From Leptolyngbyaceae cyanobacterium (GTDB lineage Bacteria; Cyanobacteriota; Cyanobacteriia; Phormidesmidales; Phormidesmidaceae): a stretch of 48,000 bases of DNA. This document shows, one piece after another, positions 40,296 to 48,000 of the stretch; position 1 is the stretch's first letter; the number at the start of each line of letters is the position of its first letter. Under the pieces are notes generated by a model, which saw only the letters and a list, made by a program, of their open reading frames with translations, was not told where the DNA came from and made no database searches. Made by a program: the position numbers and the translations under genes. Where the stretch lies: NCBI GenBank assembly GCA_050043465.1, contig JBHJIL010000054.1:53601-101600 (forward strand). Direction: 5' to 3'.

Positions 40296-42836
40296 TCAGT
40301 CTTCAATGTTCCAGCGTTTATTTTGTTTCAGGAGCTGGGTGGCGGCATCTCTGGGCAGCGGTTTAGCAAAGTAGTACCCCTGAGCGTATTGGCAGTCCAA
40401 CTGTTTTAGCAAGTGGGCCTGGTCTAGGGTTTCTACCCCCTCTGCGATAATGTCTAACTTGAGCCGATGACCTAAGGCGACGATTGTGCCAACAATATCG
40501 GCATTTTCGGCAATAGTCTCCATCCGATCGACAAATGACTTGTCAATTTTGAGCGAATCAATGGGCAGTCGATGAAGATAACTCAAGGATGAATATCCGG
40601 TACCAAAGTCGTCAAGGCTAATATGCAGCCCTTTGTCTTTAAGCTTTGAAAGCTGTTGGATGGCCGAGTCAACATCGTCCATAGCAACACTTTCTGTGAG
40701 TTCTAGTTTAAGCCCACGGGGATCGATTTGATGCTGTTGAACGATAGTGGCAATTGTTGTCGCCAAGTCTTGTTGAACAAACTGGCGATTGGAGAGATTA
40801 ACCCCAATAAATAAAGGCTGAGGTCTAGGAAACAGCTGCTGCCATTGTCGAATTTGATAGCAGGCTTCATCTAGAATCCAGTTTCCCATAGTCAAAATAA
40901 GCCCCGTCGCCTCAGCAATGCCAATAAAGTCATCAGGAGGGACCGTACCCCGTTCAGGATGCTGCCATCGAATCAGCGCTTCAAACCCGGCAATTTCTCC
41001 TGAAACTAGGTCTATAATTGGCTGATAATACAGCTGAAACTGCTGATCTTCACCTGCATGACGCAGCTCCATCTCTAGCTGAAACTGAAACACCGACCGG
41101 GCTCGCATATCGGCGCTAAAGACTTCACAGCAGTCGCGCCCTCGGCTTTTGGCTTTCCCTAGCGCTCGGTAAGCATCCTGCAACAGATCGTGGGCTCCAT
41201 ATCCCTGACCTTTTGGATGTAGCGCAACACCAATACTAGCGGTCGTGTTGATCGGCTGACCGTCAATGTGAATCGCCCTTTTCAGGGTCTTTTGTAGGCA
41301 AATGCTACGATCGACAGCCGCCTGGCTATGGTCAACCGTGGGCAAGATAACGGCAAACCGATCACCGCTTACCCTCGCTGCAAAAGCGTCAGGCATTTGT
41401 CGGACAATCCGCTCGGCAACCGTCTGCAATAGTCGATCGGCCACACTCACACCCAGGCTTTCATTGATTGATTTAAATAGGTCCAAATCAATCAGCAGTA
41501 GCGCCAACATCGGGTTGAACGTGTTGCGCTGATTGAGATAGCCCTGGAGCCGTCTTAACCCTGATAGGCGGTTGGGTAAGCTGGTCAGCGGGTCATAAAA
41601 GGTGCGATAGAAAATCTGATAGGCGATGGTGCTGCTAATGGTGATGACAAAGCCCAAAACAGCTGGAATGATAGGTATCCAGCCGCCGTATGAAAATAGT
41701 AACCAGCCTGTGCCGACTAAAGCAGCCAGTGCGATCGCACTGCTTAACAGCAGCAGTATAAAGCGCTGTATGTACCAGACCAGTGCGCCCCCCATTAGAC
41801 ACCAGCCCCATATCCAGAGGATTTCCTGTCCCTGTGTCCACCACCAAATCAGAGCATAGTCTCCCCTAACTACCGACAAAATTTGACTAACGGCTTGGGC
41901 ATGAATAAGCACCCCAGGGGTTTCAAGTTCAGACTGGCTTTGCGTGTTCAGGGGCGTTAAAAAGATGTCATTAACGCTAGAAGCAACCGTCCCAATTAAG
42001 ACCACCCGATCCTTGAACCACTTGGGCTCTACTTGATCGTCTAAGACCTCCGTTAGAGACACCTGTCGAATGGCACTGCTGTGGGTGCGGTACTGCAGCA
42101 TCACCTGATAGCCGCTGGTATCCTCATTCTGATAGCTTCCGGTATCAGGCACCAGCCGGGGAAAAGGAGTGCCAGCAATGGTCAATTGATCCCAGCTTTT
42201 CTGAAAGACCTCCGGACCGTAGCGTTTTCTTAGCACGTGCAGGCTTAACCGCAGCCCGAACGAATAATATTCCTCCGGCTCTAGCGCCGCAAATAGAAAG
42301 CTGCGTCGAATCACCCCGTCAGCATCGGCTACAAAATCAGCAAAGCCAGTACGATCTGGGTCCATACTGGCAGGTGGGGGACTATTCTGCTCCCGATTAA
42401 GTCCGACATCATAGATGCCGTAGACATTTTCTGCCCCTAGCTGTTGGTGCAAACGGTCGTGCCCTGGAGGATACTCAATATCGCGATATATATCTAAACC
42501 AATGGCTGCTGGCTGGTAAGTCTGCAAACGCTCTAGCAGCTCAGCCACCGTATTATCCCGTAAGGGCCATTGATTATGGTTACGAATATCGGCTTCAGTA
42601 ATTCCTACCACCACTACCTCTGGTAGCTCGGTCGGAGTGGCCCGGTAGCAAACCATGCTGTCAAAGGCTTTCAGCTCTAATGCCTGTAGCGCTCCCATCT
42701 GACGAATACCAAGCACAGCTAGGACCACACCTAGGGCAATCAAGACATAGCCGTATCGCTGTAGCTGTCGCCACAGCAGCAGCTGTGTAGAGCGCAAGCG
42801 ACGTCGGCAAACTCTACCAAAACGCAATAGGGCCAC
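40296..42836 (-). CDS. CHASE2 sensor - TM - degenerate GGDEF - EAL protein (probable c-di-GMP phosphodiesterase)
   Basis: The CHASE2-like periplasmic region is VVVGITEADIRNHNQWPLRDNTVAELLERL...AIGLDIYRD, followed by TM helices. The GGDEF site reads RVSGDRFAV (SGDRF). EAL motifs are intact (FEALIRW, DDFGTGYSSLSYL, KIDKSF, AEGVET). The start is GTG. Confidence 0.85.
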   Translation of the reverse strand: MALLRFGRVCRRRLRSTQLLLWRQLQRYGYVLIALGVVLAVLGIRQMGALQALELKAFDSMVCYRATPTELPEVVVVGITEADIRNHNQWPLRDNTVAELLERLQTYQPAAIGLDIYRDIEYPPGHDRLHQQLGAENVYGIYDVGLNREQNSPPPASMDPDRTGFADFVADADGVIRRSFLFAALEPEEYYSFGLRLSLHVLRKRYGPEVFQKSWDQLTIAGTPFPRLVPDTGSYQNEDTSGYQVMLQYRTHSSAIRQVSLTEVLDDQVEPKWFKDRVVLIGTVASSVNDIFLTPLNTQSQSELETPGVLIHAQAVSQILSVVRGDYALIWWWTQGQEILWIWGWCLMGGALVWYIQRFILLLLSSAIALAALVGTGWLLFSYGGWIPIIPAVLGFVITISSTIAYQIFYRTFYDPLTSLPNRLSGLRRLQGYLNQRNTFNPMLALLLIDLDLFKSINESLGVSVADRLLQTVAERIVRQMPDAFAARVSGDRFAVILPTVDHSQAAVDRSICLQKTLKRAIHIDGQPINTTASIGVALHPKGQGYGAHDLLQDAYRALGKAKSRGRDCCEVFSADMRARSVFQFQLEMELRHAGEDQQFQLYYQPIIDLVSGEIAGFEALIRWQHPERGTVPPDDFIGIAEATGLILTMGNWILDEACYQIRQWQQLFPRPQPLFIGVNLSNRQFVQQDLATTIATIVQQHQIDPRGLKLELTESVAMDDVDSAIQQLSKLKDKGLHISLDDFGTGYSSLSYLHRLPIDSLKIDKSFVDRMETIAENADIVGTIVALGHRLKLDIIAEGVETLDQAHLLKQLDCQYAQGYYFAKPLPRDAATQLLKQNKRWNIED

Positions 42837-42889
42837 CTAAAACGGGAGAATTAATTGGCTTCAAAGTGACGAACGGGCAGTAAATGTGA

Positions 42890-45800
42890 TTACCAAGGAT
42901 GCCCAATCAAGGTGAAACCAGACCAATAGGCAGGATGACTAAAGTCCCAACTACCGCTGGTTGCTAAGTCAGGTAAATGTCCAACTATACGGTCTTCATT
43001 ACCGTATAGCATGCCATCCACAATCCTAACGTGGCCTTGATGCATCGCTAGTTGGGCCTGACGTAGGGCCGCACTGCGGGTCAATGGTTGTTCAAGAGCG
43101 CTGTAAAATTCTGACATCAGTCCCAATGTGCCCTCATCGCTAATGGACCAAAGACTGGCCAAGGCCGTCTGTACCCCTACGTTGACCGCCAGTCCAGCAA
43201 ACCCAAATTCAGCCCTTGGATCGCCAAAGGCCGTAGCGCAGGCACTTAAAATCAAAAACTCAATACTATCTAAAGGAAGTGTTTGAAGCTGATTTAGACT
43301 AATCGTCTGATCCCAAAGCTGGATATAAGATTCCGCCAGGTTACCTGGCTCAAATACGGCATGGGTAGCCAGGTGAACGCTAGTAAACTGCCCCTGTTCT
43401 AGCCTCTGGTGGAGTAAGCCTAACGTGGCCTCCTGGTCCAGATACTGCTCATCGTTTTGATGCTGGCTAGCCAAATCGATTTCTAAAGGGACGGCAGCCA
43501 AATCAGGATGGTGCTCAAAGTCAGCGATTCCCATGGCCAACGTCGCCTGGTCAGACGGTCTTGTTTGAGCTGTATCAAAGTCAGTTAGCCCGGCGCTGGG
43601 CAAAAGGCCAATGCTGTAGTCTTCGATTAAAAAGTGTTGGCCATCGTGCAGGGCCGCTATGGGTAAAGAGCGGAGTCCCGCGTCCAGAATAAAGCCAATA
43701 TGATCGATACCTGCGTCTTCTAGATCCGCTAGCATCGGTCGCATCAACCAATCAAACAGCTGCTGCGCAGCGGGTAAGTATTGAGCCGGTCGTAAGACTG
43801 GATTGGTGATCGTCTGGTGAAAGGCCTTGGCAACGGCATGTACTTCTGAAGCGCTAACGGGGACAGGGTGATAGACCGGTGGACCTTCACCACTGACCAG
43901 CACAAGCTCTATGTGAGTTTCTTTGAGCCTGATGTACATTAGGGCCGGTGTGATGTCCTGCGCTTGGGTGACCTGTCTCAGGGTTTGCTGGGTGGTTTGT
44001 AATGAGGGTGCAGCCGGCATGGAGAGGTTAAGGGCTTTGGCAAAGTCGCTGGAAAAAGATGTTTCGATCTGAGCCCAAATCAGTTCACTATTGCTGATGG
44101 TGTTTTCGTAGTCTCCATCGTCGTTGGGAGCCGTGCTGTGTCGATTGCTCAAACCGTCGAGGAAACTAATGTCAGGTAGGCTGGGTTCTACTAGCGAATT
44201 TTCCTCCGGGGAAACAGAGCCGGATAGCTGAACCGCCGCTGGCAAGATGGCCTGTGGTTCAAATAAGTTGTTAATTTCAATCGTTTCTAGGTTACGGGTT
44301 TGAATGACTGTTTGCGGGGCGGCTAGCGTATCAATACCCGTAGTGATGTTACCTGCGATGCCATGGACGGTGCTATCGCCCATGCTAAAAGGAATTGTGG
44401 GCTGATTGTAGGTCAAACGAATCTCTCCCCCCTCTGTTGTGAGTAGACTGGTGGGTTGATCGGTAGCAGGAACGGTTTCAACTATCCGCAGCGTCTGCTG
44501 TGTCGCAATGTCAATATCACCCCCTGTTCTTTCACCGCTGGCGTTGGCCGAATCGATGACGATGCCGCCATCGGCTGTCAGCTGAATATCTCCTCCGCGA
44601 GTAGCGGCGGCGTCAGGACTCACGGCTGTCGCGGTAATGGTTTGACTGAGAATTTCTCCTGCGATCGCATTTAGCGAAACTGTTCCCGCGTTGCCTACAT
44701 TACTGCTATCTGCCCTAGTATTTGCGATGATTGAGCCTGTTGTCAGATCGCCAGTCAGACTTGTTAACGTAATGGCTCCGGCATCGCCTGCATTGTTGGT
44801 GATTGCCTCTGCAGCCGTCACAATGTCCCCGATCAAAAGATCGCTAGCTGCTGTGAGGCTAATCTCTCCGGCGATGCCAGTATTGTTGTTACCGCTGGTC
44901 GTCGTCTTTAGCGTCCCTGCTGTGATGGTGCCTGTTTGGGTGGCTAAAGTAATAGCTCCAGCATCGCCATTATTACTGAGTCCCGCCGTCGTCGTTCTGA
45001 TATCGTCAACGGTGATAGTATCGGTTGCAGATAGCGCCACCGCGCCACCGTCACCGCTGTTGTTAAGCGTGCCCCGAGCGGTTGTTGTAAAACGACCACC
45101 ACTGATAGATCCTTGGGTTGCTGTTAGACGAATATTGCCAGCATTATCGGTATTGTCAATGGCTGAAAATACGCTGGTCGTGATGTCACCCACGGCAATC
45201 TCAGCCGCCTGAATAGCAATGTTCTGTCCCGGAGCCGCTAAACGGTTGTCTGCGGCCATGGTAAAACGACCTGCACCATCGCCGTCGGCATCGGCTAGAA
45301 ACCGAATACTGCTGCCGGGGCCTTGAGCAAAGGTCAAAGCCCCATCGCTTAGAGGTGCAATAGTGATATCGTTGTCTGCTTGCAAGACCAAATCAACCGG
45401 GCCAATAATGGCAGACTCTAGCGTATCTTCGTACAGGACGTGGGCATCGCTCGTATCGGCAATGTTGGGGTCGCTTCCGGCTCGAATGTCTAAGTTCTCT
45501 GGGTCTAGCAGTAGGGTGCCAGGAGCGGCATGCGATCGCAAATCCACTTGACCACCAAAGTACAGCTGCTCCTTTCCCGATACCTCAACAGTGCCTCCCG
45601 CTAAGAGCCCTTGAGCCCTGATAGAGCCGTGAAACTGAGTGATTCCGTCGGACCAAATAACAACCTGCCCCCCCCTCTCTCCATCGGCAACAATGTAGCT
45701 TGCCGCATCCACAAACGTTGATTGCGCGGTCGGTATTGTGCCCGCTCCCTGATAGTCTCCCCCAATTAAAATTTGTCCAGCCGCCTGCAGTTTGGCTCCT

Positions 45801-46705
45801 GTGATTGCCACATGGTCGCCCAAAATCCGAATATGCTCGGCAGCTGTGACGCTACCACCAACGACCGCTGTACCTGTTGCTGGCAAAGATGATCCCGTGA
45901 GCATTAAGGCGCCATCCTCAGCAACCTCTAGAGCAGCCGCATGCCCAGTATCTGTAGCAACCGGCCGGAGCAGGGTTTGTTCCGCCTGTACAGAAAACTG
46001 AATGCCGGGTGACAGTTGCACATTACTGTGAGCACCAACAGCAACGACGTTGACCGCAGCACCACCGCTTAATGTTCCCTGATTAACAACGGTATGCCCT
46101 AGCAGTGACAAAGACTGTTGTTCACCAACCTGAAGATCTCCCAGATTGACAATCGTGCCGGGGCGATCGGGATTAAAATCTAGCTGTAAAATATTGCCTT
46201 GCCCTCTGTCTAGAGGACCCGCTAAGGCAAAATGACCTAGCTCAAAGTCCAAACGATCGGTGGTCAACACCGTAAAATCACCGGCTAAATTAATGGAGGC
46301 TTCGGTCCCAAAGAGTATTCCAGCTGGATTCATGAGATACAGACTTGCGGGTGCGCCACTGACCTCAATGAGCCCATTAATATGGGACGCCAAACCATTT
46401 GTGATCCGACCAAAGACTGAGTCTATACCGGGAGCTATATGAAATTGAGCGCTATAGCCTGGTTCTAAGTCAAACTGCTCAAAACTGTGAAATAGACGGG
46501 TGTCATTATCCGCAATGGTGCCTCCCAAAATGTCAAACCGATTGTTCTCTTGAACGACTTGGGTTTGAATCGAGTCTTGAGCCGGTACAACTTGGGCCTC
46601 GACTCGCTGATGAGTTATGGCTCCCAAAGTTCCAATAGCTATTCCAACAGCACCTATTTTTTGAAAGCAACTATGCCATAACGTCTGAAAACTGTTCATG
46701 ACCAT
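42890..46705 (-). CDS. Two-partner-secretion (haemagglutination-activity/TPS) N-domain - beta-helix repeats - C-terminal CHAT protease-like domain (1271 aa)
   Basis: The TPS domain is NRFDILGGT...LFHSFEQFDL...SVFGRITNGLASHINGLIEV...LYLMNPAGILFG. The beta-helix repeats have GDAGAITLTS / GNAGTVSLNA / GDGGAVALSA periodicity. The CHAT domain is VHLATHAVFE...FLILSACATAFGD...ALASLWSISDEGT. Confidence 0.85.
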   Translation of the reverse strand: MVMNSFQTLWHSCFQKIGAVGIAIGTLGAITHQRVEAQVVPAQDSIQTQVVQENNRFDILGGTIADNDTRLFHSFEQFDLEPGYSAQFHIAPGIDSVFGRITNGLASHINGLIEVSGAPASLYLMNPAGILFGTEASINLAGDFTVLTTDRLDFELGHFALAGPLDRGQGNILQLDFNPDRPGTIVNLGDLQVGEQQSLSLLGHTVVNQGTLSGGAAVNVVAVGAHSNVQLSPGIQFSVQAEQTLLRPVATDTGHAAALEVAEDGALMLTGSSLPATGTAVVGGSVTAAEHIRILGDHVAITGAKLQAAGQILIGGDYQGAGTIPTAQSTFVDAASYIVADGERGGQVVIWSDGITQFHGSIRAQGLLAGGTVEVSGKEQLYFGGQVDLRSHAAPGTLLLDPENLDIRAGSDPNIADTSDAHVLYEDTLESAIIGPVDLVLQADNDITIAPLSDGALTFAQGPGSSIRFLADADGDGAGRFTMAADNRLAAPGQNIAIQAAEIAVGDITTSVFSAIDNTDNAGNIRLTATQGSISGGRFTTTARGTLNNSGDGGAVALSATDTITVDDIRTTTAGLSNNGDAGAITLATQTGTITAGTLKTTTSGNNNTGIAGEISLTAASDLLIGDIVTAAEAITNNAGDAGAITLTSLTGDLTTGSIIANTRADSSNVGNAGTVSLNAIAGEILSQTITATAVSPDAAATRGGDIQLTADGGIVIDSANASGERTGGDIDIATQQTLRIVETVPATDQPTSLLTTEGGEIRLTYNQPTIPFSMGDSTVHGIAGNITTGIDTLAAPQTVIQTRNLETIEINNLFEPQAILPAAVQLSGSVSPEENSLVEPSLPDISFLDGLSNRHSTAPNDDGDYENTISNSELIWAQIETSFSSDFAKALNLSMPAAPSLQTTQQTLRQVTQAQDITPALMYIRLKETHIELVLVSGEGPPVYHPVPVSASEVHAVAKAFHQTITNPVLRPAQYLPAAQQLFDWLMRPMLADLEDAGIDHIGFILDAGLRSLPIAALHDGQHFLIEDYSIGLLPSAGLTDFDTAQTRPSDQATLAMGIADFEHHPDLAAVPLEIDLASQHQNDEQYLDQEATLGLLHQRLEQGQFTSVHLATHAVFEPGNLAESYIQLWDQTISLNQLQTLPLDSIEFLILSACATAFGDPRAEFGFAGLAVNVGVQTALASLWSISDEGTLGLMSEFYSALEQPLTRSAALRQAQLAMHQGHVRIVDGMLYGNEDRIVGHLPDLATSGSWDFSHPAYWSGFTLIGHPW

Positions 46706-46756
46706 TGCGACTGCTCAGGGAACGATTTGCCGGTTTAGGTTGGCGGCAACCGAGTG

Positions 46757-47533
46757 TTAATCAGCGTCTGTTTGTGCGGGTGAGGTAATCTCAACAGCAT
46801 CAGCCGTTACAGACAAAGGAACAATTTGGTCAAGTCGGGCCGATGCCATCAAACTTTGCCACTGGTTCAGAGCCTCTTGGTTATCAGGCTGGTGCTGCAG
46901 TGTTTCAACCAATGTCCCCAGGCGGTCGTACCAAGGCCCAGTTTCGTTAGCGCCAGAGTTCTCTATTCGATCCACCCACCCTTCTACTGAGATATTTTCC
47001 GAATGATTGTTAGGATTGCAAACAATTGAAGCAGCCCAGCGATAGCGCTGATCGACTTCCAGCTTGGGTGCATTAGCCATCGCAGCCAGATCTAGTCCGA
47101 CTAGATCAGCGGTGGGTTTAACCCAAAAACTGGTTTGATAAATAATCTCATCCTGGGTGTTGAACAAATAAAACTCCATCTGCTTAGTGACGGCCACATT
47201 GGGTACGCTTAGCCAGAGCGTCGGTTCAGCTACGGCGGTCGCTCCTAAATTTGTTTCGGGAACAATGGCGACCAGCGGCTCGGAATTTGGGGCACAGGCA
47301 GATGTAGGCAAGCGCGAAGCACCGCTAATTCGTCTGCCGGGTAGCCCCTGACGTACGGGCTCTTCTTCGGCATCCACAGCGATAGGAGCGCTAAGTACGC
47401 CTACGATGGCTAGACCTAGGGCAGCATATCGGCCCCACTGCCAAGAAACCTGCGGCCTGGCTACTTTTATAGCTTTGTTCAGTAGTATATGGAAAGGTAA
47501 ATGTGACGTCTCATGATTAAGCGGCATATGCAT
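46757..47533 (-). CDS. DUF928-family secreted protein
   Basis: A signal/anchor is present (AALGLAIVGVLSAPIAVDA). Characteristic segments are GRRISGASR...C...PLVAIVPETNLGATAVAEPTLWLSVP, MEFYLFNTQDEIIY and QRYRWAASIVCNP. The family name is from memory of cyanobacterial DUF928 proteins. Confidence 0.65.
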   Translation of the reverse strand: MHMPLNHETSHLPFHILLNKAIKVARPQVSWQWGRYAALGLAIVGVLSAPIAVDAEEEPVRQGLPGRRISGASRLPTSACAPNSEPLVAIVPETNLGATAVAEPTLWLSVPNVAVTKQMEFYLFNTQDEIIYQTSFWVKPTADLVGLDLAAMANAPKLEVDQRYRWAASIVCNPNNHSENISVEGWVDRIENSGANETGPWYDRLGTLVETLQHQPDNQEALNQWQSLMASARLDQIVPLSVTADAVEITSPAQTDAD

Positions 47534-48000
47534 CTTTGTCCTTTATTTGACGTTTATCAGGTCCTGGCTTAGAGAACCCCCATAGGAGACATGCTGACCA
47601 ATAATCAATCGGTATTGATGATCCTTGAAAGGACTTAACCTAAAAAAATCAGATGTATGCCAATCTTGCTAGATCGATTCATTCCCTAAATCGACAACGA
47701 CGATAAAACCGGACGCAGATAGAAACAAGATCGGTGACTGTATTCTGTCAGTGAAATGATGTTAGAAATTAGGATATTAAAGAGATCAAGAACATTACCA
47801 TCTGTTTTTGATACGGGTCGACACCCCAAAAATCAGGCTGATTTCAGCGATTAGTACACGCTACAGCTATCACTTCACGCATGTCCCTATTTACTGTTTC
47901 TAAGACATTCAAGCATTGAACCAAAACCGTGCTTGTACTTACCCAATCATGTGTTTTATGCAAAAACTCGCACAGTAATTTAGACAAACGTCGAGAGATT

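Noticed and set aside
44456-45212. Plus-strand ORFs within the TPS-CHAT gene (for example 44691..45212, 173 aa, Val/Ala/Pro-rich).
   Set aside because: They are antisense shadows of the beta-helix repeat region.

Overview
The window looks like a cyanobacterial chromosome segment. The HIP1 palindrome GCGATCGC occurs at least 25 times by eye, small GC-hairpin repeats are dispersed through it, and all but two genes lie on the minus strand.

Gene layout:
- 1-18.6 kb: a compact NRPS gene cluster. In transcription order it encodes an ornithine-cyclodeaminase-like enzyme, an acyl-CoA-dehydrogenase-like enzyme, a stand-alone adenylating enzyme, a carrier protein, NRPS C-A*-T-E, NRPS C-A(N-terminal part), a methyltransferase, a glycosyltransferase, NRPS A(C-terminal part)-T-E, and NRPS C-T-TE, which runs off the window.
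- 18.7-24.5 kb: a HupE/UreJ-like membrane protein, a 1.36 kb low-GC spacer, an HD-domain protein, a truncated-looking alpha/beta hydrolase, an AraC regulator, a cluster of nested hairpin repeats and a small hypothetical gene.
- 24.9-32.3 kb: four co-oriented genes. They encode an ORC/STAND-like P-loop NTPase, a PD-(D/E)XK DUF3782-like nuclease-fold protein, a TPR protein and a P-loop NTPase-TM-WD40 giant.
- 32.4-37.5 kb: an NHLM-type double ABC exporter pair, one member carrying a C39 peptidase domain.
- 37.7-40.1 kb: a polyamine operon (fused AdoMet decarboxylase-spermidine synthase plus agmatinase-family enzyme).
- 40.3-47.5 kb: a tight DUF928 / TPS-beta-helix-CHAT / CHASE2-GGDEF(degenerate)-EAL operon.

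Most interesting observations:
1. An Asn-code adenylation domain is interrupted at the A8/A9 site by a Cys-ribbon plus PP-loop (SGGKDS) ATP-pyrophosphatase/amidotransferase-like domain. I do not know of this insert type being described.
2. The next adenylation domain is physically split at the same A8/A9 site, with stand-alone methyltransferase and glycosyltransferase genes between the halves.
3. MITE-like repeats are inserted in frame into NRPS and NTPase coding sequences.
4. Two single in-frame TAA codons occur in otherwise long open frames.
5. A multi-NTPase/nuclease/TPR/WD40 locus resembles bacterial NLR-like conflict systems.

All calls rest on by-eye translation and motif recognition. 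No searches were run, and domain boundaries are approximate (about +/-30 nt).
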